Part shown: one piece after another, positions 27,101-64,000 of the stretch
Layout: each line of letters opens with the position of its first letter
Position numbering within the stretch: the first letter of the stretch is position 1
Program-made: the position numbers and the translations under genes
Origin: Chrysomallon squamiferum
Lineage: Eukaryota > Animalia > Mollusca
Assembly (NCBI GenBank): GCA_012295275.1
Contig: CM022668.1
Coordinates: 12,586,001-12,650,000, forward strand
Direction: 5' to 3'
DNA: 64,000 nucleotides
Notes under the pieces: generated by a model
What the model was told of the DNA's origin: nothing
The model's input: the letters and a program-made list of their open reading frames with translations, nothing else
The model's database searches: none

Positions 27101-27480
27101 CTGAGGTTTTCAAACTTTTCTTTAACTGTACCCTTTGAGAAAATATTTGTTTGATATGTACCCCTTTCCTAATATGACAGCAGAGCAGCTTCAATATGGA
27201 CACTTAATATGTCAGCCATATGTGCACAGTGCTTTAACTGGATAAAATATAATCCAAAATAATAATTTTTGAAATTAATATAAAATTTGAAAAATGATTC
27301 AGGACCATTTTTTGAATATTCAGGTCAGTTTCTGAGAGGTCAGGCAAGAATGATTAACATTCTTTAAGTGGTCTTCTGTACAAAAATTGTTTTTATTTTT
27401 TGCATCTGCCATTACTGATTTTTGCACACATAATCCCTAGTGTATCCAAAGGGATATGTGTACCAGTTTGATAATCTCTG
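27101..27480. mobile_element. Decayed non-autonomous hAT (Charlie-like) MITE, 380 bp
   Basis: 16-bp imperfect TIRs CTGAGGTTTTCAAACT (27101) / AGTTTGATAATCTCTG (27465-27480), 13/16 complementary; 8-bp flanks TACTGGAT / TACTAGGC (5/8). Confidence 0.6.
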
Positions 27481-27923
27481 TACTAGGCTAATGAAAATGT
27501 AATAATATTTATGATGCATCAGACAATCTGAGACAACAGTGTGTTGTGACTGTTAAAGTGGTCACTATGGATACAAGGGAAATCAGAACTGTGACTGCTG
27601 TGACATCACAAAAGGTTAAAATAATGGCTGTTCATAACCAGAGTGTGCAGATACAATAAAACAAAACCAAATGAAATGAAATGAAATAAAACTAATATGT
27701 GTAATTTAGAATGATATTATTTATTGTAAAATGATTTAATTTATATTGGTTCCCAATTTATTGTTTTTATATATAATACCCCATCATCTTGCAATAAAGT
27801 GATTTTTCCCTAATCCTGGTTGTTGTTGTTTTTCTATCTTTAGTTGTATTTTTTATATGTATTGATAGTGTTACAAGAACATGATATTCATTAATGTATT
27901 TCACTGAAATGAACAGTCTAAAC

Positions 27924-28208
27924 CAGTCATGGGCAAACTGCAGTCCACATAGCTTTCTGAGTGGCCCACCTAATTTCACAAGGAAAATAATGTTAATTCA
28001 AATTTTATAAAATGAGTCTATTTTGAATCTACTAATATACTAAAACACATTTTTTTTTTTTTTTATTACAACAGTTCCTGAAGTAAGTGAAAATGAAAAA
28101 TTTCTTAAAATAAACTCTACATTAAAAACACAAAATCACCTAAATTAGCATCCGAGGATGAGCCATGTCTCATGTAGCCTGCTTCTTGAAAAAGGTTGGC
28201 CATGCCTG
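27924..28208. mobile_element. Decayed non-autonomous hAT (Charlie-like) MITE, 285 bp
   Basis: TIRs CAGTCATGGGCAAACT / AGGTTGGCCATGCCTG (13/16 complementary); 8-bp TSD GTCTAAAC / ATCTAAAT fits the NTCTARAN target preference of Charlie elements. Confidence 0.75.
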
Positions 28209-28838
28209 ATCTAAATACACAGAGTAAATTTCTGTTTGAACAGCTTGTCTGCCCCTGTCTCCAGCCTTTCCAAAACATGATGATAAAATAAACATGAAGC
28301 TATATAAAAGCTACTGTTTTGGTTTGTTTTATACAAAAATTTTTTTTTTTTAAATATGTACAAAATCGTAATTTTTTTATTTTATCATTTTTTTTTTTTA
28401 TCATACTTTTTTATTAGCAAAGTATGGTTGCCAGCAAAAACAATCACAAAGAAATATGAAAAATATTTTCAGATTTATTATTTTATTTCTTCATGTTAAG
28501 AATAAATTAAAAATATTTTTTTTTAAATATAAATATATATATATACACACACACATATATTTTTTTTTACACATATTTTATCATCATGCTTCAAACATTA
28601 CACATTTGAACAATGTAAAAAACAAAACTGAAAGTGACATTTTTTCTCCTTTATCATAATTAATTCCATTCTATTTCTTTCATAATGCAGCCATGATAAT
28701 AATTAATGAACTTGATTTGCTTTTATGCTGGTTTTTTCATATTTTCAGTGACATCATTAGCACTGTCTTTGATTACTGTCTTACTAGAAACAGTACCTCT
28801 GTAGTTCTCTCTTTTCTCTACATGTCTCAATATTTTTG

Positions 28839-29486
28839 TCACAATTTAGTACTGCTGTGAACATGGTTTGCATACTCTGGATTTTCCTTGGCATACTTTT
28901 GGAGGTAACTACATGTAAGTTTCATTTTAACATTTTTTGATGAAAAAAAGTCAAATGCAGCCTGAAAAAGATTAACATTTTTTTTTTTTTTCTTTTAATT
29001 TTTAAATTTTAAAAAAAATGAAGAGGAAATTTTAATAAGACCCTATGAAGATTATATCTGATTTTTTTATTTATATAGAAACACTGAATAAATATAATTT
29101 AATTTAATTTTTAAACTGGAAAAAATGCATTAAGATTAAAACATTTAATTTTGAAGTCAGTGGGTATTTTGAAAGAATTATACAGGCATTTTTAATTTAT
29201 AATAAGATAAGGATCATTAAATAATAATTATTTTTCATAAGTTTTTTTTATTTATTTATTTATTTAAAAACACCTAAAATTATAATAAATTAATATTAAA
29301 TTTTGAAGTGTAACATTTAGCCTTTGATCTAAAAAAATAAGTAAGTGTTTAATTTGTGGGGGGTTTTTAACTTCAGTATACAGTGAAACTACCTATTATA
29401 ATATAATATAATATAATATAGTAAATGCTGATAAAACAATTTTTTAAATTACTATTACCACAGTGATATTATATCTATAAAATAAA

Positions 29487-29550
<64 letters not shown>

Positions 29551-30250
29551 ATTAATGTTACATGTGATTTTAAAATAACTTTAATTTTACCTTTGCCAAC
29601 AGTTTTGCCACACCCTTCCCTCTGAAGACGGGTGGGACCTCTGTGTGGTAGAGATCAGCTACGTCATCACTTAACCACTCATACTGCAAACAAGCTTTTT
29701 CTTTATCTGAAATAATTCGTATTCTATAATTAATCATTCATTATTTTGTATTTGTTAGTTCTGAAATAACGTTTTATAATTAATACGTTCAAATAAATTA
29801 AAAATTAAAATAATAATAAGAAGAAGAAAGAAAGAAAGAAAGAATTTGTTGTTATTATTATTAATAAAAAATTGGAATTAACACGATGATCCGTGAAGGA
29901 TATACACATTACATGAATTTATTTTTTCTTTATTATTATTATTATTATTATTTTAACTCAAAATTGCTGTTGTTGTTGTTGTTTTCCTGTCTTTTTTCAT
30001 TATTATTCAAATTTATTTAAGAATGAAATGTAATTTCTTTTACAACTGTGTGCGTAACACAAGTTGTCTGAACTTTAATCTCTTCATTCACAATTCAGTT
30101 TAAATTGGTAAACTACGCCCACAGTAATAAACATACAAATGTTAATGATAACTGTGCTGTCATAAGCATACCATTATTTATTTTGATGAAAAATTCTTTA
30201 TTTTCTGGGTTGTGACAAACTGATAATTCTGAATCTAAACTTGAAGTCAT
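28839..30250 (-). CDS. NATD1: NATD1-like small GNAT (YjdJ-type) N-acetyltransferase domain protein, 105 aa, 3 coding exons
   Basis: Exons 30250-30172, 29706-29591, 28961-28839; GT-AG; 318 nt. MTSSLDSELSVCHNPENKEFFIKINNDKEKACLQYEWLSDDVADLYHTEVPPVFRGKGVAKLLAKAAFDFFSSKNVKMKLTCSYLQKYAKENPEY... contains the HTEVP..FRGKGVA acetyl-CoA motif and the conserved TCSY. Confidence 0.92.
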
Positions 30251-30272
30251 AACTATTACTTTCCTATTTGGA

Positions 30273-31125
30273 CTAAGGAAAAATGAAAGTGGTCTTTAAA
30301 TAAACTAAATTAGAGTTATCTGTCACTTGTAGCAGTTCGAGCGCATTGCCAACGTAACAAAATACTGTTTAGTATAATTGTTTGAGATGGATAAAAAAAA
30401 ATAATAATAAATAAAAATTGTAATTCGATGACATCATTTATTGGTATTTTTAGAGAGAAAAATAAATAAAGTAATTTATATTCGCAAGAGTGATAGAAAA
30501 ACAGCAACGCAAGATGACTTCGTCCATTTATAAATTTATGACGTTATATAATCATAATGCGTCACTTAGAAACGATTTCCTTTATTTCAAGCACTCAAAT
30601 GTCTATTTTGGCCCACAGGAAAGAGAAAGGAAAGGGAACGAATGAGTATTCATTCATTCCTAAGAGAGTAATAGAACAAGTAAGTGTAATGCATTACATA
30701 CATTTGATTCATTTATTTTTGTTAACTGAGTTTACGCCGGACGTCTAGAAATATGGCGTCATATAATCGTCTCTCTTTGGAAACGAGTCAAGTAATTGTT
30801 ACTGAAAACTGTTAATGCAGTCTTTCAGCATTTATCATTAAGTAATTCTATTTTTATACATTTAATAATTTAATGGACTATAGAAATAATCAGATTATAG
30901 CTCGTTTAATTATTACTAATTGTTGAAGATCGCAAATGATGCTGGCGTTTTTACATCCGTAGATCTTTGTCCAGACAAATGTATTCACTTACCCGCTTAA
31001 GATAAGAAACAAAAATATTTGTAGTTCATTTTATTACGCCGACGGCACTTCTGATCATAACGTACGAATCTGAATCATTTAAAGAGGTTACGAATAGTTT
31101 GACAATAAAACCATAATGGCGTATA
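30273..31125 (-). promoter_or_regulatory. CpG-enriched NATD1 5' region with a probable non-coding first exon (donor at 30993/30992) and intron ending at the acceptor 30274-30273
   Basis: Minus-strand CGG|GTAAGT donor and TTTTTCCTTAG acceptor 22 nt upstream of the ATG; many CpGs compared with flanks; CRE-like and CCAAT motifs near 30428-30445. Confidence 0.45.
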
Positions 31126-31153
31126 TATATAATATACATATACATATATTGAA

Positions 31154-31190
<37 letters not shown>

Positions 31191-33535
31191 ATTATTATTA
31201 AAGTAAACAATCAGTATGAACTTTTAGTGTATTCAGCTGTTTATTTTTTTATACAGTTATTTATTATTAACGTTAATAACTTGATGCCTTATTGTAAATA
31301 TATTTTTTTTACCAATTTGCTGTATATCCATTTATTAAAAAGTGTTGTTGTTGTTGTTATATAGCTTCAGATAAATATCAGTTTAGAATATGATTCGTTT
31401 TTTAACGTCAAATTTTATCCTGTAATGTGGTGTGTATCTTATGTTTGTATCAATTTACATATATGAATGAGGTATATATATATAGATATATATATACACA
31501 CACACACACACACAAATAAATAAAAACTGACACAGTAATCCCTATTGTTCTTTATCCAAATATGTAAATAGGATTAATGATTCATACTCATAGGATACCA
31601 AATAAAAAATAAAAAATAAAAAACTGAGAATTTATAAAAATAAATAAATAAATAAATAAATAATTAGGTGTTCATCATTCCCAACATAGTAATTATACTA
31701 TTCACACTTCATTTTGTTATTTCTCAAAAAATTCCTATTTCTCTGATATATAATTTTCTCATTTCCAAAACAGGCCTTCTTAAGAAATGACTAATTTCCA
31801 TACCTGAATTTGTCTATTTATTTTTATTATTTAAATTGTAGTAGCAGCATTATATATAACGGAATACAAAGAATAAATATAACACAAAAATGAACAGAGA
31901 AATGTTTTTTTTATTTAAATAAATAACAATAACTGTAAACAAGGAACCTTTTTTTTTCTTCTTCTTTTCTTTTTTTCTGGTACATTAACATTATTATGAC
32001 ATCACATTTTTGAAACAGTAAAAAGTAAGAAATATTAAAACATGCATATAAACAAAATAACAGTGAGCAGACCGCATCAATGATAAAATCAGTAACAGAA
32101 ATAATATAAATGGAAATCTGACTATGCAGGTAACAGCACAGGTTATTTCATATGTCTGTTCTGATTGATATTTTAATAATAACTTTAGTCTATATTACCT
32201 ATATTCAAGTTTTCAGTCTTCATGTATATATATATATGTGTGTGTGTATTTGAAACCTTATTGATAATGATTAAGATGTATTCTTTCTCATGATACATTT
32301 AAAATTTTTAACAAGTCAGTTTATTCTTTACTATATCAATCAATCATTGTGGGTTTTTTATAGAATTTAAATGGCTTTTACAAGTACTTAATGATCTTTA
32401 AAAAAAAAAAAAATCGAGGTAATTTTGCTTCTATCCAAATTTTTGTTTTTGAGGATATTACCCAACTTGGTAGTAAAAAGAAAGATTAATTTTATTTATA
32501 CAATAACAGTTCAGTAAATAGTAAAACAAAATTTCTAAGTTTTGATTTTTCTTGATACAGTAAGTTGTATGAAACAAACTGATTTGACATTTCAACAAGT
32601 CACATGGTGTGATTGCTTCTTTAGCAAACATTCTGATCTATAGCCAGTATATGAAATTAGGGAGGGGGGTCAAGAAGGGAGAGAAATGGGAGGAGGGGTT
32701 ATTCTCTTACTTTAAGAATTGTAAATTTCCAACATGGTATCCTAGCAACAGTTGTTTTCTTTAATATCATAAGGGGAGGTAACAATATTAATGAAATTAA
32801 TAATTATGGACATCTTGGAAATAAAAAAAAATAATTAAAAAAAACAAAACAATTATATATATATAATAAGAAATGAGAAGAAATTAACCATATAATATCA
32901 AAAAGGAATTCAATTAAATCTGGAAGGAATATGGTATAAAATCACTGAATTTTGTCAACATAATAGAAATACCAATTATACAGTGTGATCATATCTCATA
33001 GAGATTGGATTATTTCCCATTACAAAGATTATCTCCCTTCGTTCCAAGTTGAATACTATAGTTTCTGGGTTATTTATTGTGAAATTTATAAATATATTCA
33101 GTTAACTTTTTCTTTTTCTTTGAAGTTTTCTAAATTTTCAATTGTTTTTTATAGGATTTAAAAATAGTTTAAATTTTTAAAAACTACAACTACAGAATAA
33201 AATAATTTCTTTTTTTATTTAATTTTAAGTGAAAGCACTTGTGCTGGTAATATTAATAAATAAATAAATAATAATAAAATATAAAAAAAAATACAAATAA
33301 AAATAATAATAATATTAATAGTATTAAGACAAAAAGAATATATTAAAAGATAATTAGAGATTAAAACACAAAAATTTTTAAACTTTTAAAATAAATAAAA
33401 TCATTTTTTTGCGCATATTCTAATCAAAATACGCACACCATAATTAGTTCTAACAATATTCCTTTTAATACGAATACTGGCATTAAAAAGATAAACATTT
33501 AAAAAAAAAATTTGTGCTGCTTTTAAAAACAATTT

Positions 33536-33576
<41 letters not shown>

Positions 33577-33588
33577 TATATAGTTTTA

Positions 33589-62680
<29,092 letters not shown>

Positions 62681-63852
62681 CTGAAATAAATAAATAAATA
62701 TAAAAATTAATAAATAAATTAATAAATAAATAAATCGGTCAATCAATCAATAAATAAATAAATAAATAAAACAATCAAACAAACAAACAAACAAACAAAT
62801 AATTATTCATAACAATAATAAGGATAATGATACTAGTGATAAATGAGAAGATCCTTTATTGACAAATGTTCGGGACCTGAAATATTCTGGCTTCATCACA
62901 GTCTTTATGATTTCATAATTGAATTATCAAAATTCATGTCTATATTTTGAATTCTGTTTTTATTCAGGCAGCAGATAAATATGCAGGAATTACAGACATA
63001 CAAGAACAGAAACCTTTAAATAATGGAATAAAATGCCACTGGTATTTTCCATTTGTAGATAATTATTTTAAAAACATTTTTTAAGACTGTCATTCTAATG
63101 ATATGTATTTAAAAAAAATAAAGAACAGAGAACGTGTTCATTAAAATGGCTGAAATTCCAAACCAGAAGAAATAAACGGTTTTAAAAGAAAGAACAACTA
63201 AAAAATAAAATTACAAATGTATTTAATGACAAGACTATTTTTGATACAAAGGCATAAAAGCAAATGACATTTGGAATGTAAAGTGAAATTAAAAAATAAA
63301 ATAATAAATTTGAAGCCAAGATAACAATTATAATAATAATTTGAAGTGTGTGTGGCTATGGTTTTTTTCTTCTAGTATATGTGAAAAACAAAAAACAAAA
63401 ATTATTATAGCAATAACAATAATAATAAAGAAAGAAATAAAGAAAATGGATACAAATATTAAAATAGAATAATTAATATAAATAGAAAACAAAATAAATA
63501 ATAAATTAAGAAAAAAGAATAAATAAACAATTAATAATAATAAGAAGAAATAAATAAATAAATAAATAAAATGAAATGAAATGTAAGTAAAATAAAATAA
63601 TAAAATAAATATATAAGTAATATAAATAATTAAACCTTAGACAAGATGATACTTTCATTAACTATTTTTTTAATTCTTTTTTTGAAAATTTCAAATTTGA
63701 AACAGAAATCCTGTGCCTTACTGTATTACTGTGTATATTAACAGAACATCAATGTAATCATCTTGCAAAATTATCTTTTAGTTAGAATTTGTCACTGATT
63801 TTTAAAATAAATAATTATAATGTATTTTAAAATTAATGACTTTGATGATTGC

Positions 63853-63905
<53 letters not shown>

Positions 63906-64000
63906 TAGTATTTTTAAGTTTTAATTCTTTATTGATTTTAATACTTATTTTCATTATTCTTCACTTTTTTTCACACCTAATTTTGTTGTGTTTTATATCT

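Noticed and set aside
28827-28841. Selenocysteine or readthrough at the NATD1 TGA
   Set aside because: The domain is already complete, a second TGA follows after three codons, and no SECIS is evident.

Overview
AT-rich, microsatellite-dense animal genomic DNA (invertebrate, most likely a mollusc; not prokaryotic). I rebuilt five spliced protein-coding genes by hand from splice sites and reading-frame phase. In order: the 3' half of a front-end fatty acyl desaturase (FADS-like, +, 5347-9345); COP9 signalosome subunit 8 (COPS8, -, 12541-16190); MPND (RAMA + JAMM/MPN+ domains, +, 17177-24374), head-to-head with COPS8; NATD1 (small GNAT, -, 28839-30250); and an Elk/KCNH8-type voltage-gated K+ channel (-, 33589-62680, exon 1 beyond the window). 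The channel has two frameshifted exons and one non-canonical donor, most likely long-read consensus errors. The rest is introns and UTRs with microsatellites, intron-specific minisatellites, two hAT/Charlie-type MITEs and decayed SINE-like fragments. Nearly all other ORFs in the supplied track are simple-repeat artefacts. The most interesting unexplained signals concern splicing: (i) two candidate frame-preserving microexons in the channel C-terminal intron, with a ~125-nt intronic island between them made of blocks complementary to those exons; (ii) a minisatellite in the last FADS intron built from U1-type and U11-type 5' splice-site motifs; (iii) decayed duplicates of acceptor plus exon start in two genes. 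None of these could be tested computationally here.
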